A stretch of 64,000 nt of DNA from Tubiluchus corallicola (lineage: Eukaryota > Animalia > Priapulida): the NCBI GenBank assembly GCA_030141605.1, contig JAQGDQ010000062.1, positions 620,001-684,000 on the forward strand. The letters run 5' to 3'. Positions 39,304-51,373 of this stretch are shown piece by piece. A program made the position numbers and the translations under genes. The notes below the pieces were generated by a model. The model had not been told where the DNA came from, did no database searches, and saw only the letters and a list, made by a program, of their open reading frames with translations. How positions within the stretch are numbered: the first letter of the stretch is position 1; every line of letters starts with the position of its first letter.

Positions 39304-40319
39304 GCACTTGCAAAGACCGAGAAATAATGAGGCATGATCCTCACAAACTTATTGAAGGTTGCTTAGTGGCCGGACATTCAATGGGTGCACAGGCTGCGTA
39401 CATCTATATCCGAGGAGAGTTCTATAATGAGGCTGGCATTCTGCAGCTAGCAATAGCTGAAGCATACAAGGACGGATTGATTGGTAAGAATGCATGCGGA
39501 TCTGGCTATGACTTTGATGTATTTGTACATCGAGGTGCTGGGGCTTACATATGCGGGGAAGAAACCGCATTAATTGAATCACTGGAAGGAAAACAAGGTA
39601 AGCCGCGGCTTAAGCCTCCTTTTCCTGCTGATGTAGGGGTTTTTGGTTGCCCATCTACAGTAGCAAATGTAGAAACTGTTGCTGTATCGCCAGCCATTTG
39701 TCGACGTGGCGGGGAGTGGTTTGCAAGCTTCGGTCGAGAGCGTAACACTGGCACCAAACTGTACAATATTTCTGGACATGTGAATACTCCATGTACAGTA
39801 GAAGAATCGATGTCCATACCACTGCGAGACCTTGTGGAACGACATGCAGGCGGAGTCAGGGGTGGGTGGGATAATTTGCTCGGCATTATTCCAGGCGGTA
39901 GCTCTACACCTGTCATCTCTAAATCTGTTTGTGATGACGTGCTTATGGACTTTGATGCTTTGATTGAAGCGCAGACTGGTTTGGGAACAGCTGCTGTTAT
40001 TGTCATGGATAAGTCGGCAGACATAATTCACTGCATAGCTCGACTTTTAGAGTTTTACAAACATGAGAGCTGTGGTCAGTGCACTCCATGTCGAGAGGGT
40101 GTTGATTGGCTCAACAGCATGATGTGGCGCTTTGTGGAAGGTAATGCACAAATGAGTGAAATTGATATGATCTATGAACTGAGCAAACAAATTGAAGGGC
40201 ATACAATATGTGCCCTGGGGGATGGTGCTGCTTGGCCAGTGCAAGGATTGGTGCGACATTTTAGGCCTGAAATTGAGGCTAGACTAAAGGAGTTTAAGCA
40301 GATGGCAGCACGAGTTTGA
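39304..40319 (+). CDS. NDUFV1: NDUFV1 coding exon 3 (spliced protein 462 aa)
   Basis: ttgcag acceptor restores [16 protein letters not shown]; [13 protein letters not shown]; Fe-S motif [13 protein letters not shown]...HTICALG; AATAAA at 40982. Confidence 0.97.
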
Positions 40320-43300
40320 GCTGGAGTGGTTAATATATACTGTTATTTAGCTTTGCTCATTCATTTACGGTTTTCTTTTATTTGTTTTGTAACTATGATA
40401 ATGAACAAAAATTTGTTCTTTCTTTTAGCAAAGCTGTAATATGCTGTGCTTAGTGAAATGGTTTGACACACAGTATACCTGAAATGTGAGTCATTGTGAT
40501 GTATTATAAGAGCGTTCTAAACTATCTTCATTTTGAACACTTTTTAATCTCCCATTTATTGAATGACTGCCAAATTTATTTTGTTAAAATTCTTAACAAA
40601 TGACCACAACTACTGTACAATTTCTTTGCTTTTATAACACCAGCCTGACATAATACTTGCTTTATTTTCCTTTATAACTCACTTTCTCGATGTTTTTGCT
40701 AGTGACTGCTGCGTGTTACTGACAGTGAAATGCAAAATGTGGCCAAATCCTAAATTTGGAAATTCATTATCTGGCTAATGCGCGATTTTATGAGGCTGAC
40801 TTGCATTATTACTGTATCATGTTGTAACTGCTTACCTTCAACCCCACTATGTCATTTTAGTGGCATTCTAGATCTGATGTTGTAACAAGATTTGGTTGTC
40901 CTTTGCTTAGCAGTGTTGAATTTATAATCCAAATACTATAGAAAAACAAAAACCCTTTACTTACAGTGGGACATTATTACTAATAAAATGTATTTGAAAG
41001 TGATTGTTTAGTGTTTCATTTCAGCTTTCAGTCTGTAACTTGCTATATTATGGCCCCTGGACTGTGGGCCTCAAAGTAACTATTGCTATCAATACTTATT
41101 TAGCTGAGTGAAAATCAGTTTAATTAATAAGACTGCTATGATTTTGTAACTAAGCTTGATGACCAAGAGTGAGCATCCACCATGCCAGCACTCGGCTACA
41201 CTTAAAAAAATATTTTGATACATGTCAGGTGTTATTGCAAAAATGTGCACCACTGCAGTAAGCCGTGCACAGTTGCCATGCGTAGTGAGCGCACAAGCAC
41301 GGTGGTGAAGGCCCGCTTGTTAAATGTTAATGGTTGTCGTGGTAGGCCAGTCCAATGAATTGGTGCTCCATGAACTGCTATTTTATAGTTTTGCAACCAA
41401 GTTGGAAACTACTTAAACAAAAAAATTCCACAATTAAAGACAAGGAAAAAAGAAAGAAATGGCACAACATTTCAAACTACTGTACCACTGTAGTCCTTTT
41501 TCTGGTGAAAGCAGGACAAAAAAGAGAAGAAATCGGAAGACAGTACTAGTCTAGAAGATGTTACTAGAACTACTGAAATACTTTCTGAAGCAGAAGAACA
41601 GCAGATAAAAACATAAGTGTTGTGAATTCGCCCAACATCCCGATTCCTTCTTTTTCGTGCTTTTGTAGGCGTCTCTGGCATCTCAGGGAGAAACTCAGAA
41701 GTATAAAATCACAAGCCGCAGTTACAAAACTCTCACACAAACTGGTTTTAATTGTGGGATTTTTCCTGTTTATCATTACTTATACATGTACTTATTAGTT
41801 CAAAAATGATGAAAATTTTGATGCATGTCAGATCATGCAGAGATTATGGAAAAGGAATTTAGAAACACTGTTACATAACATATGAGGTTAAAGTGGTGAA
41901 ACAGTAGCTGGTGGTATTTTTGAGATTGTAAAGCTAATCAAAATCTCATCAAGGACATTATTCTTGATCATAAATCAACCACACGCAGAACTGTTTAGGT
42001 CATACGACTTGCACATGCATACGACTTTTCTTGATTCTTAGTTATTACACATCATTGACTACACACATTTCTAGGTGGTCTCGGCAGATCCTATGGAGCG
42101 GTGTACCGTATAAAAGAATATCTAGAATGGTTTAACGGGAAGTTTGGTGACAACGAGATCCATACACATTGCCTTGTTTAAAAAAACAGATTTTGCTAAA
42201 ATTGTACCATAATTATAATAATTACATATGCAATACATTGTTTCTTGAATGCTGTCATTATTTGAGTTACAAATTCCCAAGGCCATTAAAATAATACAGC
42301 AGCTGAAGATGGTCCACATACTACTCAAGCCACTTACCAAACTTGCGCCAAAAAAAATGTTTGCTGCTTTCTTAAAGTAAGTGTATAGTTGAGCTATGAG
42401 ATTCAGGAATATTCTGAGATGTAATGAGAACATACAGGATTACACAGTCAACAAATGTATATCAAAACATGGCAAACTGTATAAAAATCAAAGGTAAAAC
42501 ATTTAATACAACTATAAGCCTATAGTATACATGTACATTATTACAAGACATATAGCTGGTCAGAGGTGGCTTAACAGTCTGATCAGTGAGAACTTTTTGC
42601 ATAAAAATTGGTGATTATCTAGCAGCTGTAGTTTCTTGAAATTCCATTGAAGGTAGACCTGTGAAGAAAATTTTCAAATTCCTACAGACAGCGAAGTCTA
42701 ACAAATAATTTTGATTTGAAAATTCAAATTAGTTTTATCTAAAACAGATGTCTACGATCAATAACATTGAAGTAAAGTAACAAAATGCACAAAAATATCT
42801 ACTGTGTAAGTTTCAATTCAAATACAACAGCACAGCTATATAGTTATTACATATACTATTACCACAAAATGCACAAGATATTTGCCAATTGCCAATGAAT
42901 GTATATTAATACTTCACTCAAAAAATGAATTAAAAAATTCTCTCACATAAATTAAAAAAAAATTCTGAATAAAAGAGAGGTTCAGTGGAATCTCAAATGA
43001 TAAGCAGTTTCAAACAACTAGTTTTAAATCGGAAATTTATTTTGAAAATTTCGAGTGAGAAATATAATTGCTATAATTAAAAATACATAAGTGCACAGCA
43101 AAACGTTTTCTTTCAAAGCAGAAATATTATCTTTACTGTGCTCGGAAGTTACTATATATTCATGACAAAGGCCATTTTCAGCATTTTTCTAACACAGCTG
43201 AAGAAGGTTTAGAATTTACAGTATTACACCGCTGTTGTAACATGTGTTACAGATAACTCCAATTCCAAGCAATTAAGCAAGTCAATATAATTATTAAACT

Positions 43301-43541
43301 AGTAAAGAGGTAAGCACAAAAATACGAAAAATGAACTACAGGCATCTGTTAAGCATAAACCATGAAAGTAGTTAAGTATGAAAATTGATAACGTTGTCCT
43401 TTTATGGAAATAAACTGTGTAGAAATGACTAACCAGGTTCCCATCAAATAGAGTATGCAATTCTCAATAGGAATAATTGATTGGATGGTGTTTATTATTG
43501 TAACATGAAGGAAATGATTTGCTGGTATATTCACTCCCACA

Positions 43542-45449
43542 TTAGAATCTTGGAAACTTAGATGACTGACCATCTCCCTCAAATCCTGACCATCGTCTTT
43601 TATACTGCTCCTGATACTCAGCGGCAGGAACCCACATTACAGAGTCTCCGCCCGCATGTGATGTACCAAGAGAAGCAGTGCCAGAAAAATCTGTAGACAT
43701 TAATGGTGGTATTTCTCCATGAGCAGTTTCAGTTCCATACTCACCTGCAGCTGCAAAATATGTGCTTCCATATGTAGTCGATGTTGGATGTGCCATATGA
43801 ACATTCATTTCGGGTTCCTGTTGCAAATTTTCCGGAGGAATGATCTGGTAGGTGTCGCAAGTTTTAACAGTTTCACCAGGTACAAATTCAGTATAATTCC
43901 TGCTGTGATACATCTGTGTGTCAAACTGCGTGGAATATCCAGATTTCCAGCGACCTGCTCCTTTCCGCCACCACTGTGCTTTTCCTTGTTTACTGGCACT
44001 TGCAAAGTTTCTTCGTTCCTCAACTAATTCCCCATCTTCCATATTTGCAGCTATTGCATTATCAATAAGCAGCTCTGGAGGCAGCTTTGCTCTGTCAATT
44101 CCAAAAGATGACAGTTTCTTCTTGTGCTGTTTGCCATTATAATGCAGACGAGCATTGAATGCATTAGTGTGTGTTATGTGGCAAACTTGGCAAAAGTCTA
44201 CTCTTTCTTCCAGAACTTCGTCTCCCGGACGTTCCTTGGTTATTCCATACTGAAGCCTAAAGTCTTCTGGTAAGTGCTCTCTTAAGCAGCCGACCTTAGC
44301 CAAAGCTTTTTTATGAGCCCTTCCATTGTAGTGTTGTTCAGCATTAAGAATCCCAGATAATGGAATAGAACACAGGTTACAAAAACTAGGTAATTCTTGT
44401 AAAAGTTCTTTAAGATCCTGTACGTCTATTTTTGGTGGCGGCAGATCCTCCACGGACAAAGTGATACCTCTCTCTTGTAAAGCTTTTTGATGAATCTTTC
44501 CAGCATAATGCTGCTTAGCTTGATCCGGGCCTGTGAATGTACACTTACAAAGCTTACAGTAATACGGATCTTCATTTGCACTACGAACAACAGCAGTGTT
44601 GAAAAGTGATGGGTCTGCCTTTTGTACAGCTTTTGTGTGCGCTTTACCAATGTAATGCTGCCGAGCATTTTCATAGCACATGAAACGCACATTGCAAAGC
44701 TTGCAGTATCGTGTATTGTCAGGCATACTAGGCAAACCCTCTAGTACGGTAGCGCTACTACTAGTTTCTTTAGCAAACAGAGGCACTGTTAGTTTTTGTT
44801 CTGGTAATGATTTTGGTATAGTATGATAGCCTTGACCATATTTCTCAGCTACCTTTTCCTTGAACTCTGTCATCGCTTGCACACCACGCTGCAACATACT
44901 GGAAAGATTCTCATTTGGTTTTTCTTTATTAGCATTCAGCCTGTGACTCTCTTCAAGATAGTGATCCCAGCCTTGAATTTTACAATCACACACATGACAA
45001 TAGGAAGCGAGGCCTTGCTTCGAATCACCAAATTCTAGTGGAGAATCAAACTGCTGAATTTTCGAAAAAGGCAAATCTCCAATTCGATTCAATATGTCTG
45101 TCATAACGAATGTGACACCTGCATCTAATTTTGAAAGTACAGGTGCATTGGACTTCGCCAACAAACTTTTCCTGTAAACATTTTCCAGGTGTTTGTTTGT
45201 AGAAAAATGGTTCTGCAAAACTTCGTTTGATGTGCACTCAACCATGCACACAGGACATATTCTGTCACAAGTGATATTTGGTGGCATGGTAGTAATAGTC
45301 CACAGCACCTGCTCCTTCTTGCGATGAGATTGTGAAGCAAAATGAGTCTTTGCAGGCTGCTGGCCAGTGAATGATTTGTTGCATATCTTGCAGGACATGG
45401 GATATTCTAAGGGTTCATCTTGCTGCTGACCATCTCCATCAGTAACATC
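43542..45449 (-). CDS. Matrin/U1-type C2H2 zinc-finger protein (ZNF385/ZNF346/ZMAT-like), large terminal exon
   Basis: Seven CxxC...HxxxxxH fingers (e.g. YCKLC...HYIGKAH, FCQVC...HYNGKQH); acceptor tcttgttag at 45450 adds 17 in-frame codons before the ORF-track Met. Confidence 0.88.
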   Translation of the reverse strand, partial: DVTDGDGQQQDEPLEYPMSCKICNKSFTGQQPAKTHFASQSHRKKEQVLWTITTMPPNITCDRICPVCMVECTSNEVLQNHFSTNKHLENVYRKSLLAKSNAPVLSKLDAGVTFVMTDILNRIGDLPFSKIQQFDSPLEFGDSKQGLASYCHVCDCKIQGWDHYLEESHRLNANKEKPNENLSSMLQRGVQAMTEFKEKVAEKYGQGYHTIPKSLPEQKLTVPLFAKETSSSATVLEGLPSMPDNTRYCKLCNVRFMCYENARQHYIGKAHTKAVQKADPSLFNTAVVRSANEDPYYCKLCKCTFTGPDQAKQHYAGKIHQKALQERGITLSVEDLPPPKIDVQDLKELLQELPSFCNLCSIPLSGILNAEQHYNGRAHKKALAKVGCLREHLPEDFRLQYGITKERPGDEVLEERVDFCQVCHITHTNAFNARLHYNGKQHKKKLSSFGIDRAKLPPELLIDNAIAANMEDGELVEERRNFASASKQGKAQWWRKGAGRWKSGYSTQFDTQMYHSRNYTEFVPGETVKTCDTYQIIPPENLQQEPEMNVHMAHPTSTTYGSTYFAAAGEYGTETAHGEIPPLMSTDFSGTASLGTSHAGGDSVMWVPAAEYQEQYKRRWSGFEGDGQSSKFPRF

Positions 45450-46303
45450 CTAACAAGAACACAAAACACTTATCAGTACTGGATATTTTAGGAACAACGT
45501 TCTAATTATAATTTAAATTGACTTTAGATAATCAGGAAACAGAATGGTGACAGTGTTGCAGTAACTCTCAACCTTTACATTCAGAGACTACTGAAAAACT
45601 AAGCAGTACACTCCACTTGGCATATCCATTATCTAGCAAGTACTTAATTAACCTAAACACATATTTTTCGAAAAATAAAAATGCTAAAAATTTCATTTTG
45701 ACAATGCAAATTTGTCCTTGCAAGGGCGTACTACAGACACTAAAACAAAACTAGGCTGCCAATAGAAGAGTTGCAACATAGATATAAAACAGCATTTTTC
45801 TATAAAGTTTTTACTACAATGTGTATTACTGAAGCAGAAACCTTTGTAGCCACAACACCAGAGAAAGCGGCAAACAACGTGTAAATGTAAGTTATGGCCT
45901 TAAGCTCCTAATGGCAACTAATTTTATGAAACATGTGTACATTTTTAAACTGAGTTAGCGCAAGCTTTGTTAATAAAACCCAATGGTTTACGTCATTAGT
46001 TTTATCCTCTTCTTAAAGTTTTAAGGAGTATAATTCAGAATAAAGAGTGCTTTACAGTAAAAAATTTTATCTGCACTTATAATCAAGGCAGTACTAACTG
46101 CCTTGTTTATCAGTAATTTTTTTCATATGTTTTCTTAGCTATTAAAAATTATCTAAAAATTATGCAGCAAAAATTATAGTCGTTCAGAGTGTTAGAAGTA
46201 GGAAGCTTTTTATTGCCTTTACACAAAGCTGGCATGACAGCAAAAGGCTTAACATTACAAAATCACAGATTTCAATTGCATGCTAAAAAAGTACTCATTT
46301 TAC

Positions 46304-46432
46304 CCGAGTTGCATTGGGGTCTGTATTTCTTGCATGAGTTTTGCTTAACAAGTGCTGATCAAGTGCTATTGGACCTGAAAAGGACATTCCACAAGGCTGG
46401 CAGCAGTAATCTTCTCCTGTCTTTTCTGCCAT
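46304..46432 (-). CDS. First coding exon of the zinc-finger gene (one more finger)
   Basis: ttttag|ATG; MAEKTGEDYCCQPCGMSFSGPIALDQHLLSKTHARNTDPNATR; phase-0 donor GTAAAA, in frame with the exon at 45449; total 678 aa. Confidence 0.82.
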
Positions 46433-49361
46433 CTAAAACAAACATAAATAGAGATGGTTTGGATAATGAGTGAATTGAGTTAGTTTTTACTTGTAAAACC
46501 TGTTTGAGGGATTTGAGGTCCTTACATTGTGCCCCAGTTTGGGTACTATTCTCTTGCTAATGCCTTTCTGCATATGCTCTCCAACTCATTCAACTCTGTT
46601 AAGGGCTTCAAGGTACACAGATCTAACTTCAGTGTCACCATTCTTCACAGTATATAGTAGGCCCTACTTTTACATAACATTGACTGAACTGCAGTAATTT
46701 AGTACTGATGGTCAATACTCATGAGACAGTAGTAAACTTCATTTCTCTTTTTTCACGTCATACATAAGATGATAATTATTTTAAAATTTTATTGCTAAAC
46801 CAATCTTCTAATACTTGTATCCATTAACAGTGCTTAAAGGAAAATGCACTTGGTAAATGAAATGGGAAAAAATCAAACAACCTTAAGTGCATTTTAATGT
46901 ACAATTAAGTGCATATTAAAACAATTGTATACATGTAATACATGGATAAAAAGTCGTACTTCAAAATACAAAACAAAATTCTAAATATCAGAAATATCAC
47001 AAATCTGGTTATTTTGTAAAAATTTGAACCTTCGACACAGTGCACTCTTTTTCAGTTGGCTACAAGAGAACCTTTTATTTGTTCAAAATAAGCGTGCCCA
47101 GGTGTATAAATTATCTTAAACTGGTTTTACTGCTATTAAATTTCTTTGTAAACATTGTAATAATCAGTGGTAGTAGAGTATGAAATAATGCAGGTGACGA
47201 CATTACCTGACCTATTTTAGCATCCACGTATAAGTACTTATCATTGTTTCTTTTTATTGTGAAACACTGTCACAGAGCAAGTTAGAAAAATAACCAGAGC
47301 ATCAATGACGATGATGCTCGTATGTCTCTTGGCTTTCTTGTTTGACACCTCAAGGATCTTGCCACTTGACACAAGCTCATTCTTTTTAACCAAATTTGGT
47401 TCACAAACCCATGCAACATGCACTAATTTGCCTTCTCGTCAAACGGTCTTCGTGTCCAAATTTTGAAAAGCAGGTTGCATGCAATTGCCGTTTTTTTACC
47501 ACATTCGACAATTTTACTGTTGTCCCAGGGTCAGCGCAAGCCATCACCCAAAAGTTCTCACCCATCATCTAAAGCCTACACTTGACATTTTTTGCGGAAT
47601 CGTGGGAGAAATATTTTTGTCAATGTTAGATGGTCAATAGGTGACACATCACTCTAATTCGTGACTTGTATTTTTCAACTAGACCTACTATCTTGGATGA
47701 TCCCTCCCACTGGTAGAGGGAGATTTATTGCATCAGTTGGAGAGGGAGAGTCACTGCCCATCGCCTGATATCTACATTGACATTTTGCAAGACAAAGCCT
47801 GCCTTTATCACACTATAGTTGTAACTGCTAGAATCCTGGATCTGCCCTCCATTTCCCTGGGAAAGAGGGTAAAGCATGTTTGTCAACGATCACTGTACAC
47901 TTCGACTGTGCACTTAACATTTTGAGATGAAACTTGCCTTTAATACACTATGGTTACGATTGTTCGAAATCTGGATCCGCCCTCCATCTGGGGAAAAGAG
48001 TTAAAATGATTTGATTTTGTCCATGCTGGATTGTCAATAGGTGACAGGTCACTCTAATTCATTGCATTGAGTTGATAGATTCTCCCACTACATGCACGAC
48101 CCTGGATTCTATAGGGGAGGCAGTAAAATTCATTTTTTGTGTATGTTGAGTTGTCAATAGGTGGCAGGCTACTCTAATTCCGCACGTTGAGCTGACTCAC
48201 AGGTTCCCACGATATCGACCACTCTAGCTGCTGGGATTTCTACTGTTTACACCTGTTCCTGGATATGCCCTCAAGACAAGCTGCATGATGACATGAGGAG
48301 GAAAGTCAGTGAATTAAAGACAATGAACTGTACTAGCGGCACAAGTTTACATAAAATAAAATTTTTTGATGCTTATTAACATAAATAGATGACCGTTAGA
48401 ATTTTCTACTCCCAAAACATTTATAGAACAAAAATATCAAAAATGAGGTAAGACAACTTAAGTTAATAATTAACTTATAATGAGACACAAAAAGGTCTAG
48501 CATAATCAAAGTGTATGCAGTCAATGGACTGTATATCCTATACCATCCTACATATCCTATAGGCTAATTACCAATAGCATGCAGCCCAGGACACCTGAAG
48601 CTTTAGTAATGTTTGGTAAAAAAACAGTTTTTCACTAAAACTGAGTTGAAATACATGCTAATTAAATCAACTTGGTTTGCAATAAATAGTAAAATAGAAT
48701 ACTTCTTAAAGAATATTTTTACAGGCAAACAAAAGATTCTATTCTAGCTTATTTGAAGAATTTGCACTAAGTTTACTTCAGGCAATGTAAATGTTACTAT
48801 AATATACCACGATAAAAATATTCAAGGTGGGTGCAGGCGAGTGAGAGAGTGGCGCCATTTGAGGGGACCTACAAACTCAATAGCCTAGTGGCCCCAAGAG
48901 ATCATAATCCACTTCTGCATCTTGTCAGTAGATTTTGACCATGTGTTTAGTAATAGAAATAGATTTATTAACCAAAATTTTTATACGATATAATAGCGGG
49001 GCAACAATCAGAAAAATAACAAATTTTAGTCCGTCAAATTTACATTGCTCGCAGGTAAGGCGACATTAGTTTACAATACAAAAAAAACATATCACCTGAG
49101 GAAAAAGCCAAGATGACATTAGTCACTGCAAAGTTTATGTAATAATTCAAAGTAAATGACACAAATACGTTCATTTTTAAAAAAATCTGCACAACTCTGC
49201 ACAGCTTGAGAAGTTTATATTCCGATAATTGTGCCTAATTTGCTCCATTCCTGGACATTGACTAAAAATATGGATTGCTGTTTGGATTGCTGCTCACTCT
49301 CTATCCAAAGGTTGTGAGACTGCAGAAAAAGCCTCGTAAAAGAAAGTACTGTAGGAGAGCA

Positions 49362-49875
49362 TAAGAGCACTATGGCTTCAATTGTGCCAACACTCCCCTC
49401 TGTCGTTTTGGTTACATACTACTTGTGACGTAGGCATTACTACTTAACTGTCCTGGTCACGGCACCAAAATATGAGATCACTGACAGAAAACATCAAACT
49501 TCACAGATTTAGCAAAATAAAATATTTTTATCGAAAACAGTAAAGAAGTTTCATAGCAACAGACTCATCAGCTTAAAGTGGTAATGTTACAACAGGGAAG
49601 CCCAAATTGGGCGGAGGCTAACAGTTAAATAGTAATGCCTACGTCACAAGTAGGATGTAACAAAAGTGACAGAGGGGAGTGTTGGCACAATTGAAGCCGT
49701 AGTGCTCTTACACTGTTAGCCTCTGCCCAATCTGGGCTTCCCTGTTGTAAGCCAGCTGAATCATTACCGCCTTTAGCTAATGAGTCTGTTGCTATGAAAC
49801 TTCCTTACTGCTTTTGATAAAATAGTTCATTTTGCTTAAATCTATGCAGTTTGATGTTTTCTGTCAGTGACCTCA
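49362..49875. repeat. Interleaved inverted repeats A-B-A'-B'
   Basis: 49362-49451 is the reverse complement of 49621-49710; 49473-49625 is the reverse complement of 49712-49875; both imperfect. Confidence 0.9.
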
Positions 49876-51373
49876 CAAGTCTTTAAATCTGGGTAAAACA
49901 ATCTAGGTGCTAAGCACTGCTTAGATTCACTCTTTTGAACGGATACAATCAATGATAGCTTACTCCTTTCTAAAAGAATCACTTTATTGCTCCATAAATG
50001 GTCTAAACATTTCGACAACTTCCCCTTAACACTACAGTGCTGTTTAATTTCAATGTGCACATTCATTAGCACCTCGTGTTTCTCAGGTTCAGAAGACAGT
50101 TTTGACCACATATCTGACGTGCTGTTTACCACGCTTTAAATGACGGTCATCCTGCCATATCCACCGCCTATCGGCCCTATCGGCACTACTTCATTATGCA
50201 TACTTAGACCTTCACAGATAAAAGAAACTTCAACAGTTCTGGACACACTGACTCTGCTATAATATACCTCAAACTGGAATTCCAGATTTTCACGTTGTAA
50301 AATTGAAGTACGTTATCTACTACTAGTCTATAGCTACAGCCTATACTAGGTAAGTCATAACTCAATTTGCCAATACGCAATACTCTTCTCTCATATTTGA
50401 GCAAGCAAATAAACTGAATTGAACTTACCAGGAATTAAAATGACGGTAAATGCAGAATACTGGTAACTCTTATCGGACGGAAGCTCTCCACATAAAATCT
50501 AAAGACAATTTAGTTGCAAAGTTCTCGAAAAAATATTTTGTTGGTGCTACACAATCTGCTAACAACTGCCATCCGCAACGAAACGAATACCAGTTTAATT
50601 TCAGTGTGAGTTTATTTTAATTTATTAACGAACAGTAGACGGTTTTATTTTGGCTGTTAACCTCCGTCCATATTCAATTTAATTTCAATTCAATTCAATT
50701 TATTTTCTCATTAGCAGTTTAAAATTAATAGTTATTTACATATTTCATTGTAGCCGAGAAGGAGCAGCGAAAGACCTATTGGTCACTTGGTCAGCTGCCC
50801 CTTATTAAAAGTACAAGTTTATTTACAGGGTGATGACATTTTCATAAAACAAACGCAATTCAACTCAAAACAAAAGAAATTATCATAATCAAAACAAAAA
50901 CAGGATTCAACTAGGGGCAAAAATTATAACACACAAAAGCAACAAAATCAAGCTCAACAGCAAAAACAGAATTCAGTTTAAAGCAAAACATATATGAAGC
51001 AACAGTAACAAAAATCTTCGCAAGGCGAAAACAAAAAATCAAAACAAGGCTAGAATAAAATATATAATTATGCGAGCAGAATTTTTTTAATGCAACAGTC
51101 ACTCTGGAGGCAAAGCATAGTAAGCGAATATGTTCATGCAATAAATAAAACTTTCTGAATACGGGTGCTTACAGTTCAAAAGATTTCTACATGCCTTCGA
51201 CAAAAACAATTCATTTAGATTCACTTGATTTTTAGATGTATTCGGTTTCTAAACAACACAAAGAATAAATAAAAAACTGACGAATTTAAGGTCTTTGTAC
51301 TGTACAAAAAAATACAATTTTATGCAATATCATCATGTTATTTTCCAGCTCGATTAAATTTAACTATAGTATA

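Noticed and set aside
39349-40259. Antisense ORFs over NDUFV1 (likewise over PRMT7, BTBD9 and the zinc-finger gene)
   Set aside because: Shadow frames of real CDSs with no independent motifs
41550-42300. Possible hAT transposase remnant
   Set aside because: Only faint peptide resemblance and no TIR or TSD found
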